This document shows positions 23,101 to 42,170 of a DNA stretch of 58,476 nt, piece by piece. The stretch's first letter is position 1, and each line of letters begins with the position of its first letter. Below the pieces are notes generated by a model. That model did not search any database, had not been told where the DNA came from, and saw only the letters and a list, made by a program, of their open reading frames with translations. The position numbers and the translations under genes were made by a program. Origin of the DNA: Trichoplax adhaerens (Eukaryota > Animalia > Placozoa); contig NW_002060951.1 of the NCBI RefSeq assembly GCF_000150275.1, positions 3,152,238 to 3,210,713 of the forward strand, written 5' to 3'.

Positions 23101-26100
23101 AAAAATGCCGAATGAAGACTAGAAAGGAATTCCAGGTGAAGTCATATAAAATACAATCTAAGGAAATGTTAGCCAATTCTATTACCAGACATTTTTGAAA
23201 TTGCATTTCGGTAATTGCTTTGTACGAATACAATTTCATTGCAGTAGTTAAGCATGAATCTAACTAGCAGCTGCATGTTGAATACACGTCTTATATATGA
23301 ATACGTGATACCTTGTTAGGCTACTGTACTGTATATAAACAAGGTAGCACCACATTTTAATACTGTAAAACATAAATATATACATATACACCCAATTAAT
23401 TATATCATAAATAGTACACATGAGTTACGTATATAGGTTTTAATAACGTTACTCAATACAGTGGCCAATCATCAATAACTATTAAAAAGTTAAAATTGAT
23501 AAATTACAAGCTCAGAGTTAAAGAGCCTTATATTTGATATCCTATTACTACGACAAGTTTCAGCGATTGTTTGATATTACTTACATATTGCTAGTACAGC
23601 ATAATATGTAGCAATTTATGGTTAGCAAGGTCGAAAAAGCAGGAAAATATCTAGTAATGATTAATAGATAGTACTGTGCATGTCCTATTTCTACGGTACA
23701 CGTATGTTCTTGTATTCTGTGATTGCGTTAAGTTGTATTAGTATAGACACAACTGCATATATTCATTTGCAATCTAGGTTCTGCATTACAATGTTGATAT
23801 AACAAAGCATACTAATTTGTCTTCTCTACTACATTTCTAGGATTGTGTAATATGTGCAAATTATATATTTAATGCACAACTGGGTGTGTGGATTCGGCTC
23901 GTATATGATAAAATTTATAAGGCACGTAAAGTATACAAAAACTGCTGCTCTTTTTAGATTAATAAAAAATACTCCAGTATAGGAAGATCAAGGCTGCGAA
24001 TGACCTACGAATATGTCAGTCGTGTTTCGAGAATTGATAACGCGTTCTATTTTAGTCAATTATAGACCATGATAGTAGGACAAAATTTAGCATTCGAAAA
24101 CTAGTATACGTGAAAGAGCAATTACATGACCATTGGTAGCTTATACGTAGAGGGTGAGTTTGTAGTAAGTGCAATATAGATACAATACGCTCATAACACT
24201 GCTCACAAATTGAAACGCTAAAGTAAAGAAGATTCCTTAATTAAACCTTGATAAAATCAATCGAGCAAAATTTTTAGGTAGATCTGGCTGGTAGTAGGTG
24301 TACAAAAAGGGTTGTACTGCAACTGCATTGAGGAATTCATATAAGAATATTAAGATATTTATGAACGAATAACGTTCTTTATAATGATCGTTGCATGTAC
24401 ACTATGCAAGATACTCCTGCGTAAGAACTATGACCAGCTACTAGTATAATAAACGATAAGTCTGTAATGCCCAATAGTAACGCGCAACAACAATCACATT
24501 GTACAGTCTTAATATCAATTTCTATACTGAACAAAGTTCGTTCCCGTTTACACTCATTTAAAATAAGAGTGTCACTTTACCTTTTAGTGCTTCCTTAATT
24601 AATTTCAATTCGAGTAGATGACTTCCCGAATTCTAATAGGACACAAAAGATTTTATAATGAAATCTAAGTTTAAGGGATTATAAGCACATAATATATAGT
24701 ACTTTCACTGTTTAATGTTATAACTTCAGAGAGAAGGCTCTTAAACGTACATTAAGATTTTTAATGAAGATTGCAGTAAGTTAATTATATATGTAGCTAT
24801 CATTTTAATCAAAGTAAAGTCTCCCCATTGTTAAAAAAAATACCTAGACATTTCCAGCAGTTTATGCATAATTACAACGTCATTACAATAAAAAATCGTG
24901 AAAGCAAAATATCACCTGAGGCACACCCGCATCCTCATTGTCTTTAGTCACTTGATTGTTAATTCGCTCTAAGGCTTAGGTTATCAATAATATATTGCCA
25001 CCTTTCATCGTACTGTTTCTAACATCCGCCAAATCGAAAATTTAATTTTCACCTACCTTTCAATCGTGCTATCATACATTCTACGTTCATGGCATTAACT
25101 TTGTCATACATACATCTTTAAGGACAAAAAGGGTTGATATGTTTATTACATACAGTATTAGAGATCTATATAATATAAGCGGCACTCGAATCGTTGAAAA
25201 GAATCGTAGATCTTGAAGTTTACTTTACTTTGCTTAAAATCATTTGGCGAAGATCTAATGAATATACCTACTTTGACCCTGAAGTGACTTTAGTAAATAA
25301 AATTGGGGTTACATGAGTAAGTAAGTACATTGCTTTTGGTAAACATTACAATCTGTTAGTATAAAGAATACCAAAAGGCTATAAATATTGATTAAATAGA
25401 GTTGACTTATGAATGTCGCATATTAATTATCATATTTTGGAGTTTGTGATGCGCATACACCCATATATCAGCTGAATTATCGTTAGCTTCATGTTAGCTA
25501 GCTATTTAATAATGATACTATTGATACACTACGCACATGAGCGTAATTATGAATAAATAAGATAATTCATAGAAATATTAACTACGTGTTTACTATTCTA
25601 AACTTGAATTTGCTGGTATTAGCTAACCTAAACTTGTTTTGACAATAATATAATCGCAGCTTTAACAGTACAATAAATATGTGACCGATTATAATTAGCA
25701 GCCATATTCACATAAGTTTCGAATAGTAAATAACAAGTATTTATTTTATCACGATAGAAGTACAAACTCTAATGGTTAATGATAATACAAGATTTTATCA
25801 TTCATCCTGCAGTGCGTTTATTTTCTTTCGCTAAACTATTCAGAAGCGCAACAGCCAACAAGTCGAAAGTGCGAAAGGCGTTTAGTAATGGATTCAAATC
25901 ATGAATTGGGAAGTGTGTGTGCACAGCTCGAATAGTAAATGATGCCGCTATCAAGTATAAGAGGAGCGGCTAACAAACTGTGTTATGTAACCATTCATTA
26001 TATAAATGTATATTCAAGTTTGCAGTTACTACTATGTAAAACTCACTACCGATATATGTTGACTACAGTAACTATACGCGTACACTAAGTACCGAAGTAT

Positions 26101-29100
26101 AGCAATTTAGACTGTCCGCCTGAAATTAAAAATTTTATGGCATCGGTTTCTTTATATCATTTTTTATAGAAGTAATCCCATACCTATTTTCGACCGCAGC
26201 GATTATTATATTTTCACTTAGTGAATCTTGCTGACCGGTAGAGGTATCTGGATAAAGATTGTCATTAAAGACGTTGTTATTGCGGTGAAACATACAATTA
26301 TTTCTTCGGCACTTCTGCAGTATACCGTAGGATAATCCTAATTTGCCAGCATCTTTTGAGGGAGTGTTTAGACTTTCGTTGATCTATGTAAGTATTTATA
26401 ACAGCATGTTACACATAAGTACGAGTATATGTATGTTCTGCAACGGTCACAAATAGATCACTCTAATAATGCTGTATATATAGCGCGAATTCCTTAGGAT
26501 ATTAGGATACTGTACTTCATAAATGAAGAACTGGCGTGTTAATAAAAAAATATAATTGTTTGTATGTCAGATTTAAATAGTAAAAGATATTTTAACTAAT
26601 AGAATCGTGTTATTATACAGAGCTACATATAGTAGTACAACATTATTAGGGCTTTGATCATACGATATTAGTTAACGGACTATAATCGTACATTCTAATT
26701 CAATTGTTAATATTCGTATAAGCTAGCTATAGGAAAGGCATCAAGCTGTTGATATGACCTCTTTGTTCTTCAACGTTTCAGCCCTTATGATTTGAGAGAT
26801 ATCACATCCATCATCTTCATTAGGTATGTGGCTATCTTGTTTCTGCATTTGAAGTAGATGTCGATTGTCAAATTCGATTTATTTTCTGTAGACGTACTAA
26901 GAAGAAATCGTTGTAACGCGTTCAGGAGCATATGCAGCGATAAGCTTACCAATCGTTTACTGTACTTGCGTAAAATAGAATCCCAGTGCACACCCGTTTA
27001 TGAAAAGAGTAGAAAATTATCCACTGAGCGTTACAAGGGATAGAATTTTACTTTCAAACCTTGTAAAATTTGGTAATCGCCGCTTTTGATGGTGAGTAGC
27101 TCTTCCCAATGTCAGCTGTATAAAATATAGTAGATGCACCTTATTTAGTTACTGGCCCTAGCACACAATTACCTTGACGATAGTTAGTATGGATATTTAA
27201 GACATCATAATAAGGAATAAAACCGATGTTAATGGATATGGAATTGCTTGGTGGATTTGTACAAACATATGACCAATTAAAGCAGTCTTGGCTACAGATT
27301 GAGGCGCCGGCACATTGATGCTCTCCATCCGGCTATCGGCTTTGGTTGTACAACTTAATCTTATAATGCTGTTTTGTTTCTTAATTTTAATAATTAGATA
27401 AAATAATACATTTTCAGTGGAATATTAAACACAGGAATAATCCGTTGTTCAAGAGTTTGTCATACAATGATCATGCGAATCTCAAATTAAATTTAATAGA
27501 AGATTAACTTTTAAGTTGCTCACAGTTGCTTCATTTGGCCTGTCTAAATATTTCGGAACATGAGACGAATTTAAACTATCTTGGTTTCTATTAAATCGGA
27601 TCATAATAGTCAATCTCGAATATTTACTAAAATGGTAGCATAAACAATGAGCATTGCTAGTAAGACCTTTTAAAACTTACTGTAAATTGTTAGTTCTCAT
27701 GTCTGAACGTTCTAACTCGCTGTCATCTTGAATATTTCAAAAATAACAGTAAAATTTTTAGGAAAGAAGTTTCCGTAATCGTTCTATCCAATGATTTCTT
27801 AATATTTCATGTTAATTGACTGATAGAACACGTTTCTTTCTCTAAGCTCGGGCTTACCTTTAATGTTTACCTAGAAATTCGTAATTTGATTTTTAAGTAG
27901 TAAAAGGGAATAAAACATAAAAATCTTACCGATGATCATCAAAATTGTAAAGTCCTATGTAACTAACCGTTTCTAACGCTGGTTGCGCATATAAATATGT
28001 ATCAATGCATTCGCGAATTGCCATTTCAAGGTCGTTTCTTATACGAATACCTACAACTAAGGAGGAACTACTACAATTGGAATGTCCGCTAGAAACGGAA
28101 ATAAGGTAAAGTTAGACATTTATTGCAACTCATATTGATACGTTTTTTACAGTTAGCTATGTTGTGATCTTAGTAACTTAGGTAAAAGCAATCTAATAGA
28201 AAGGTACGCACGCTGCTATAAAAGATGCTTTACGATATTTTCTTCATGCTAATGTGATTGTAATCAAACGCAGCGGCTGTGCTAGATATTGAACAAGAAA
28301 TCTGCGTGAACTTTTACCAGTAACTACATAAAAGCGGCTTACTTAAAAAATTGAAATTTTAATGGATACTAAGTATGGGCCCCTTGTAATGTAAACAGTT
28401 AGCGGATAAATCTACCCGCTAAGCAAGGGCTATTGCCGATCATCTTATGTGTAAGTCTGATAGAAATCAGAGTGTTTTTCGGCTTACAGTGCGTAAAGCA
28501 GTTGAAATAATACAATATGCTTAAATCTTTAGTGAGGCTTGGGTGAAGCATTTGAGATTATTGTCGATAATCGTTTATTGGAATATTATATGGCAATGTA
28601 ATAGTGCTCATCTATTAATTGGTGAAGTGGGTGTGGCTGCTACTGTACGAGCAGGTTTTTTGTGAGTATGAAGATCTACGGATATTAGATTTATAACTTC
28701 TACTTTGAGACACATTTGAAATACATAGCTACACTGTAATAACATTCTAAGACATATCGATTTCGGAATACCTTTCACTCAGTGATAGAAAAGGTGTAAA
28801 GCCATCCGAAACGTAGGACCTATTATCAAAACCTTTAATTAGTATTAGGATCGAAACTTCGCTTAGCTTGTCCTTGAAGATTACGTAAACAGATACGCTT
28901 AGTAGTAAATAATGAAATTATAGCTGTGCAAAATATTCTGTAGGGGTTAACGTATCTTAAATAGATTATGATTACGATATCGAGCAGTTGCAAAAACTGA
29001 ACATCTAATTAGTGACAAAAAAGTAGGCATAACTTATCAATGATGATTTCGAATTAAAAATGAGAAATGAAATAGCTTAACACATCACAAACTTGATCAT

Positions 29101-32100
29101 CTCTTTCGTGAATTAGCAAATAACTAGTAGACTCTGCACCCCTATTACATATATATTATAACCTTTCATATGCAATAATTTCAGATATTTCTGTTTCACC
29201 TGATTTCTTTGTTGGTTATTAAGTTCGTACTTAGTTTTATCGCTGCGCTTTTCTTCATTTCGAATTCTTTGACTGAAATAATAAAATGATTGGTTCTAAG
29301 CCAACAGTTTATAAGCAGGTATAAGTATCAAGCTTTCTTCATATTGTTAAGTCTACCAATGCTACCAGAAGATTCTTTCAACATATCTGGAGTGTACCTC
29401 TGGAGAAATTATCATATTTTACTTTAGGATTGGATTTAAAAACGAGACATAAAATATAACATGATACGAGTATAGCTCATCCAAACCGATGGATCTTCTT
29501 CATTCGATTTCAATAGCTGGACGGATACATTCCTGTCAATTACATTAAATTTAAATAGTTTATAAGCACACGATAAAGATATAAAGGATGCAAGCTCTAT
29601 CGAATGCTGAAGAAAGATGTATTTTGTACTTCTTTTTTAAATTAGCTTCTTGAACGCGAATGCGTCTTACGTCATAAGGTGAGATTTCATCTTCAGCCTA
29701 GCAATAAAACCTTTCATTAATACGCTTTGATGTATGGACATTAAGTCATGGTCTTATTTACGATAGTCAATAATGTCGTATTATAGGATTTAATAAGAAA
29801 AGGCAAACTTTCCTATATATTTAATATCTTAGGGATTAGATAAACCATGTAAATATTAAATTATTTGCTACTAATTAGTTGTTAAACCTCCAATTACTTC
29901 AATAATATATTGGTAAATTTTTTAACTGGAATATCATACAAAGTTAACCATACCATGAAATGCTTTGATCTGCTATTTTAAAGGAAGCTGTTTGTTTAGA
30001 TGTAGTCCAGAGTGAATAACATAGCATACAGCCATACAACTAAGTTTTACTATGATTCAGTCGATAGTGACCATACCGTATTAAATGTTGCGAAAAGCCG
30101 ATAACATACATTCCAAGCATCTCATCAAATCGAAATTACAGTTAGGCAGTTATTTGAATACCTTAAAAATGTAATCGTAATCTTGAATAAAACGAAGAAC
30201 AAGGCCATTAAGTTTCTCTTGTTCAATAAATCCAGTTGGAGTAGTCGGCGATCTAACAATTTTAGGCGCAATTAGTTACGGTTAGCTATAAGATTAGATT
30301 AAATACCTTTTACTACAGTTGTCTAATTATGTTCATCCTGTATAACATAGCGTGGTATGACAAAGTGTAACCTTACTGATAACGATAACTACTCTTAATT
30401 CTTAAGTTGGTAATGTGGCAAGATTTGGTTTTAATGCGGTAAGATCACATTATTAACCTGTAATTTCCATTAAGGAATGCACAGATAACTTACATGACGT
30501 TAATTAATTATTAACATAGCAGCATACGCATATTTGTTCTTTAAATCTATATTAGACGACAAAATCCTGGCATAGTTTATCATAAGTTGTGTATACAGTA
30601 TGTATTGTGCTTGTGAGAGATTTCGTACTTGGGATATAGGATGAAACTGTTTTATCCTTTAAGCTGCTTAAGGTTTGGATGTAAGGATGATAAATTAGTA
30701 ACCGCATTTATGCCTGTAATATTTAGTATGAAACTATAGATTCCTTGGTAAATTTTTACGAAGCAAATTGTGAATATTTCACATCGGAAAAAGGTGCTCA
30801 TTATAAGACTCTAAAATATACATGAATGTGCAGTATAGCGTTTGTGATATCTTGTAGTTAATTAATGTTACAGTATAGGAATTTTGATACCGTTAATATA
30901 TATGAATAAAATACGGACATTATCTACAGAGACATTTTTACTTAAAGAGAATCTTAAAATAACAAAATATTGCTGTAGAAAGCTATCGGGTTAATAACAT
31001 AGTTCGATTTAAAATTTTGATGTTTAACAGTACATGGACACCAATACTGTAGTGAGTAACGTTATTAAAATCTATATACGAGTACTGTATGTAATTCACA
31101 TTACAGCACTGCTGTAGTTAGCCGGGAGTTGGATAAGACTTTTATCTTCAACTAGATCAATAAAGTTGTGTGCAATACGTATAACAAATACGTTATATGT
31201 TACAATACAGTATTCCTTTGCTTGTCAATACAAGGCAACATAATTGCATCCTATAAAATATACCCGTATACCTGAAAAAGTTAGGTCCGAAGATTACAGA
31301 TAAGGCTAAGGAAGTCATTCTGTTCTTGTCTATAATATACCAACAGAGTAAAAAATATAAAGTTACAGAAATAGTGTTTCTTTGTCGTATCAAGTACACT
31401 CTTAGATCGCAACTACAACGGTAATAATGCTAATTTAAAATGGTGTGTTAACGAACCTTCGTTTAAAGAAACATCAACCAGGAATTTACACAAATATTTT
31501 AATAAGTTATAATTGGGCTTTGGTAAACTTTCCACTAACGACCTACACAAATTGATAATAGCAGCATTTATAATACGTATATGTTTTTAAATATCGTAAG
31601 AAGCTGAAAGCTGACTTAAAATGCCTTTTCGTATCACAGTTTAAAATGAATGTGTAATATTGTACTGTGCAAAATTGCAATGAATGCAATACCAATAAGT
31701 TATCAATAATAATATACAAGGATATAGTAATATACAGTACATCGAATATGCAGATAATATAGTGTCGCTGTAAAAGATACTCATCGGTAAACATTAAAAT
31801 TATTAAGATTGAATTTTAGCGATACCTCAATCTTGTTCTCCAAAGATCTTTATCCATTACACCTTCTGTTACCGAATGTATGACCGAAGCCCATATCCGT
31901 TAATATTTTTATTGTAAAAGAGATTGATTTCAAAGCAATTTTTTATAACAATTTAGTACTATTTATTGTTGTTATACAATTTGTCAGCTTCACTAGGGAA
32001 TATATATATAGATCGTAATACATATATGCTGCACATAAATGCATGAATAGGATTAAACACTATATATGTACTTATATAATAACTGTATAGTAGTGCTTGT

Positions 32101-35100
32101 AATACTGTAAGTGATAACGTGGTAAAAGGCGGACTGATAATTTACTAATTGTAGTGCGAAGTATAAATTGTAATCGTATCGAGGTGTAACCTGATGTAGC
32201 TATAAATACCGTTCATCAACAATAAATATCAGTTACAAATCTCACTCACGGAGTGAATTCATTGCTAAAAACATAATAAATGTCGACTTTTGTTTAATAA
32301 ATTGATAGATCTCAGGAGTAAGATTACGCTTAGCATGTAATGCTCTATGGAGTTTCAATAACGTGACAGGATTAGAGTTGTGGATTACCAGATTTTTAGG
32401 TATTTATATTTATCGCGTTAGATATATCAATACGACATTATAACTTTAACTTAGGCTAAAGTGAATTCAAGTTGTATAGTATCGTGCTATTGATGAGTTT
32501 AACAAACTAATTTCATTGAGATACTTAATACACTCATTATACTGTAAATGGCAAGAGTTAAATAGGTTTTCTGTTTACATAGCATGCAATTGTATAATCA
32601 TTATTGCGTGGCGTAGTGAGTTTACTGATTGCTTAGCGGTTTCCAATAAAGTTTAGTAGCATTCTGTATCAACCAGTATGCATGTAATCAATGATCATGA
32701 GCGCTATGTACCGTAAACTAAGGAGTAGTTTGTAATTTTGCGAAATGGCCAGGAATTTCGTATAGCTGCCGATTATAAACTATCTACAGTATACTGTACG
32801 TTAAATATTATATACACTGTATCAACCCGGTATACAGTACATACTTTGTCGTGTTAATTACGCCCGTAGCAATATTATTACCGTGACTTACCATCAATCG
32901 CATGTTTCAAATATAGGTGGTAATGTGTACTTGTTGGTATTAGAGATCCGTGTAATTCTCTCTAAAATCAGACACGTAAGTATTATGGATAAGCAGTATG
33001 TTAACAAGGTATACCAAGGTGGAATGTATATTACTATACTGCTTTGAAGTGTGAAAAGAATTCGCATGATGCAAGTTTTTACTGACAACAAAATGCTACT
33101 AAAATAGTTAAATCACTGGAATCTTCAATGAATATGAAGTTGATCTAAGGATTACAATAATTTCTTATTATGAGATGTGCGTACATTCGCTATATCACAA
33201 GGTCAAATTGAGACTAAAAAATCAAATGGAAGCAACATGAACATTAATTAAATTGCAAAAGTCAGAGAACAGTGGATTATTCATGTTAAGCGATTGATTT
33301 CTAACAGGCATTAGAATAACAAAGCGAAATTTTTGGAACAACTATGTAAGAAGAAATCACTGTGAGTCTCTGAGTAGTACACTATGCTTTACCGTAGTTT
33401 ACAAATGCGACTAGAAGGTCCTGAGGTACAGTGTATAATGACTACATTTATAGAGTATTAATAAAAGATGTTAAAATTTCAAGTGCAAACGATATCATTT
33501 ATAGAAAGCTGTGCGATCATTTAGCGTAAGCTAAGCTGAACCGCTAAATGTGGCTTCCAAATATATTATAATTATAATATTCTTATTAGTGTCACGCTAA
33601 ATAGAATAGAAACAGTAGAATCTGTAATGTTGGGAGGTTTATCATAGTCTTTAGTCGTTATTTTTCACTTACAAGGAATAATTTTAACAAGCTCGCAACA
33701 GCCATCACGTCTCCAAGCTGTTCCAAATCGACATCTTCCTCTACGGGAATTAATTGGTAAAGAAATTCGGAACGAACAGTATTGTAAATAGAGAGCACGA
33801 ACAGTTAGCTGAAGTAAATACTTGCGGAGAATGTGAAATTCACGTTTCATTGTAAGGGCTGATTTGTTATATAGTAGTCGTATAATAAATTACTGATTTC
33901 CATGATAGACTACTGCTTATGATTACATTAGCCATCACACTTACGCTTGTCGAAGAGATTTTTAAGTTTATCAACGAGGTTAACGGAGCCGTTAATTCGA
34001 AAAATTCCCTCATGCCTAATCCCTACGAATTTAGTTTGCGTTAGTTAATCAGGCAAGCAACGTGTGCATGTTGTATGGATGCTAAATACAACCTTATCGT
34101 TTGTCGCGGTTGATTTATATTACGAATTTATCATGCAGTAACATTATACTGTATATGTGCAATAAATGTGTAATAATGAGTTTGAAACCCTAAGATTTGT
34201 GATCCACCAACTCGCAATTTGAATTATTAAAATAGAGCAAATCTCTGACGTGACACAAAATGGTCAACATAGCTTTTAACCTTAAAAGGTAGCATTTATT
34301 ATGAAGCCTACTAGCGTACTGCACTATTCATTGGACTACTGTAATTGCTCCCTTCAGGATATCTCAGGATAAATAATGTCAATAAGTACACGAAACAGCT
34401 ATGGATCCAGCCAGATAAGTGATGTTGAAGTGTACATGTTTAATATTTTATATTTAATGTACTGGAAAGACTCGAGGAAACAGTCGATAAGAAAAATAAC
34501 TACTGCAACTTGTCTGTAGGAATAGGAAAAATTCTGCATTATTGCTTGTGATTATACTGCAAACTAGAGACTCTAGGGTCTCTACTGTACAGTGTATGTA
34601 TGAGAGTATGTTTATAGTTATCTTGCTATAATTAAATACCATGTTTTCGAATATATTCAACAATTCTTTCAACGATAATGGGAATTTCGGTATTTGGTGT
34701 TCTGCGGAGTAAGTCCTCCAAAGAGGTGGAAAAGGTTTTAGTACCTGTAGATTGCCCATGATAGAACTCATTAGTTACCTTCTCATAATATGATACTGTA
34801 TGAAATATTCTTATATACAGTAATTAATACGTAAATACGAGTATACGTATTTACAGACTTTGTTTTTTCTTGACAAGAGGGGTAGTAATAATCTTCTTCA
34901 CTTTCGTATTCATTGCAGAATTTCTGAAGGCAGAGACAGCAACTGTATTTCGAATTTGTATTCAGCCTTTACCGTTGATACTTACACTGTACTGAAATGC
35001 TCCTATATCGATACTTTGTTACGGTATAATAGCTCAGGTAACTAAAGTAGTAGAATTATATGAAATATAAAGCGTAGCCTATCAACCCTGGAGGTATGTG

Positions 35101-35120
35101 AGTGCTGATATACCGCCCAT
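20164..35120 (-). CDS. FAM13A: FAM13A/B-like RhoGAP-domain protein, many short exons
   Basis: N-terminal RhoGAP exons: IPIIVERIVEYIRKH/GIRHEGIFRINGS (arginine finger)/DVMAVASLLKLFL/LPKPNYNLLKYLCKFL/NRMTSLALSVIFGPNFFR. C-terminal FAM13 signatures: MSTKQIRDEKLQLQKILLKYETHFGKP/..KPIYDRYRKLKKLL, KKLLQKELKHFENCF..GR/KVTKLDRVPLAQQYHEYK/LLKAKI..*. Start at 35120 (MGGISAL..) or 34913 (MNTKVKKI). Middle exons not fully resolved; co-orthologue of FAM13A/B/C. Confidence 0.88.
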
Positions 35121-35192
35121 CGAAGCGTAAATGATAACCTCGGGTTTATAATGTCTTATTACTGCATACATTCTATGAACGTTTCAGGTCTT

Positions 35193-35430
35193 CTGTACAG
35201 TACAGTACACATAGCAGTCAGGTCCGACTATACAGTACAGCGTAGTAGAAATTCCATACTGTACTGTACGATAAACCGTACAGTGTTGTACAGTACAGTA
35301 TACAGTATACAATATCACGTAGTGTGGCCCTTTTGGCACGTTACAGTATCTACAGTCCTGACGTTCTAACTGTCCATTTACAGCAGCAAAGTGTACGAAA
35401 AGAATATACAGTACAGTACAGTACAGTACA
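35193..35430. promoter_or_regulatory. (TACAG/CTGTA)n island immediately upstream of the FAM13 start
   Basis: e.g. tacagtacagtacagtacagtacag at ~35407-35431, with the island beginning ~70 bp upstream of the minus-strand ATG at 35120. Confidence 0.6.
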
Positions 35431-35836
35431 GCTTTGCATAGAGAAGTGGTTGAGACTTTGAGACTATGTGTTAGACCCTTCAAGGCAACTGGGACAGTTC
35501 ATACATAGATGTTGATATTTATTTATAAGTACTACATAGTAAATTTTATTGTAGTGGATTATACCGGACTCTCTCAGGTCTAGTTGTAGGCTAATAAGAA
35601 TCGCAAGCAGAAGCGGTAAAGCTGGCAGTCGAACATTAATGAAAAGATTTTTAAATATTTTTTTATTAACTGCAAAGCGTAGCTTGTTGTTCTTAGCATC
35701 ATTTTAAATTTTAATGAGTTAATTACACACGGATTATTTCGAAAGTTAAAAATTTATACTTATGCTATGTTGCAGTATAAGTTGAGGACTAGATAAAAAT
35801 TGTGGAACGTTAGGAAAACATTTGGATTACTTTTAT

Positions 35837-39459
<3,623 letters not shown>

Positions 39460-40333
39460 TTACCATGGATATTCAATTGCTGCTTTTTCATTGGTATCAA
39501 CGACAGAATACGCTGGATGTGGCATGTGGATCTGGACTTAAAATGGTTTTGCCCATTCTAATTAAACTTAAACTTATGCTGCAATACGAAAAGAACGATT
39601 CAGGTTCCTTTGACAATACGGCCAGGAAGGTACCAAAAAATGTATTAAGTTCACCAAGGCCTCTGAATAATATAATGAAAACATTACATCAATTTGTCAC
39701 TTTGATCGCGTTTTTGGATCGTGTAGCGTAGCTCAAGTATCAATATTATCATCTATACAGTTACGTGGTAATGGCTTTTCTGTGTATCAAAGTTAATGAC
39801 AATGCAGTAATACTTGATGAAAAATTAAAGTGTCTACAATTACAATATACTCGTATTGTTAAAGAAGCAATATACAAACTCATGCCTACAGATTTTTAGT
39901 TCTTTTATTTACAGTTAGTAATAGTACATAGTGTATGTCAATTATATTTACAAAAAATTTGTAATAAGATTAATGTTTATGATTAATTATTTAAGATTCG
40001 CAATCGGAAAAAAATGTGAATACAGTACCTTGACATCCGATAATATCGTTATGATGGATTACGTTATGACTATAGACGATCCAGAGTTTTATTACTTTTC
40101 ATCAATTAGCAGTAGGCTTGTTAAGTTATTTATGTATTTGTTTTATAGATTGTATTTATGTCTAATCCTAATAATAACTTATGTACAGTCGTGGCTAATC
40201 TGATGAATTCTAAGAACTGGCACAATCAGTTTATGGCTTATTCAGTACTGACTTTAATGTCATTGCTATTTTTTTGTGTCTGCGGACTACTGAGTTAACA
40301 AGTACGGTATCCACTTTCCTTTCAGGAGAATAT

Positions 40334-40832
40334 TGTACTGTAACATATACCGGAGAAGAGTTAGATTCGTTGCTTAGCAACGGCGATTGATGACCGCGGA
40401 TTGTACTGTACAGTACAGTACACTTTACTCAGAACTGAACTACAGTACTATACTGTACTGTACAGTACTGTACATTATGCAGGGGGAATCCCTACTAAGG
40501 GATTAGGGATGTTTATGCGATAAACGTACAGTATACTGTACAGTACTGTACTGTACAGTATAATCATATCAGCGATTTTGAATTATCTTTTCCCTTCCTT
40601 CCCTTTACTACAGTATACTGTACTGTATTCTTAGTAATCTACAGTGTGATTCACTCATTATGACTGAACTCACAAACGGTAGTAGTGCAGTACAGTACAG
40701 TACAGTGCAATGAGAGTCTGAGAGTAAAACCTTATACTGTACCTCCAGTCAGTTCCATTATACAGTACTGTACTGTACTGTAATGTACTGTAAAGTACAG
40801 TATACTGCACAGTGTACACTGTACAGTACAGT
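40334..40832. promoter_or_regulatory. (TACAG/CTGTA)n island in the divergent CDKL/KLHL intergenic region
   Basis: Dense tracts such as tacagtatactgtacagtactgtactgtacagta (~40527-40560) and tacagtactgtactgtactgta (~40761-40782). Confidence 0.6.
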
Positions 40833-42170
40833 CGGAGTACTTAAGTGCCTTTCAGAAGTGAGTCACTGCTATTATTACTGTGTAATGTGAAAGTGTTAAG
40901 ATAATAAAATGGATGATAAGTTTAAGTTCTAATTATTATATATTATTTCTATTTATGGCTGATCGTGAATTGCAGCATGTTTATGATTTGATTGATTGAA
41001 GCATGTCTAGCAAACTTTACAACAGTGCTAATTTTAAGAATGAGTCCTACAAGGTATGTACTAAGATGCTATTCTGATTAATCTATGCAGATTTTACAGC
41101 ACCGTACGGGCGCTATATAGTATATCGAGTATTGTGATCACTACTTTATGCAATAAAAATTAAATTAATTATATCTTACTTACTGTTAAACCAATTTACG
41201 GGTGCGATTCTGTGCATTGAACAAACCACTAACTTCAAAGATATACAGTACGTACAGTACAGATAAATGATTATTTGCTAAGATTGTAAGATAGCACCTA
41301 TACAGAGCTTGCGTTTTGACAGATTTAATAACTTTAGATTAGCTGATCTTCCAACTATCGATTTATATTCGGTTGATCAATATCACTGGATTGTCAGTCT
41401 AATGCGAATGCTCTACTGCTAATATGGAATTAACGTAAATAGAATTAATTAATCTGTAGTTTATTAATATTGTGAATACTTTGCGAGTAATAGATACTGT
41501 GTATTAGATCAGTTGAAGAACTGATGACATGCATTTTGTGGAGTTTAAAAGGTCAATCACTGGTACTTTGCTACGTCAAATTTTACTATTAGAGCTCACA
41601 AGTTCTTCTGTATCGTAATACTGTAAATGATAGATAGTTATAATTTTTACTGAAAAAAAGATCAGGTGCCAATGGGAAGTTAATAGTCTCTGACTCCTCA
41701 TTCTACTAGTTGATGAATTTCTGTCCGGAAATATATTTAGCATATTGTGATAATAATAAAGTGGTCAGCTGCAGTTTTTTTTTTATGGGAAATCCATATC
41801 TTTGTTGACATCACTGGTAATTTAATAATAACGTAACAATCTTGGTTCTTAGCTGTTCGTATTCCAACTAAATGGATAGAGTTACGGCAAAATTAAAAGT
41901 TTATATTGTATTGCTTAAGTTAGCAAATTAATAGTGTTTTGGTAGTTGTGAACACCGAACTGAAGGCAGATAATCATAAAAGTAATAAATTTCTTACGCG
42001 ATGTGCATGTACTGTACAGTATGTCATATTATCGTGAGAACACATGTATACGTTAGATACTAATATCTACAACAACGGTCAAAACATATAGCGTAAACTG
42101 CACTTGCTATATGTATAGCTTAGTTGTTGCCATGGAATATATTTTAAAGATTGTCTTTTAATTTCTATAG

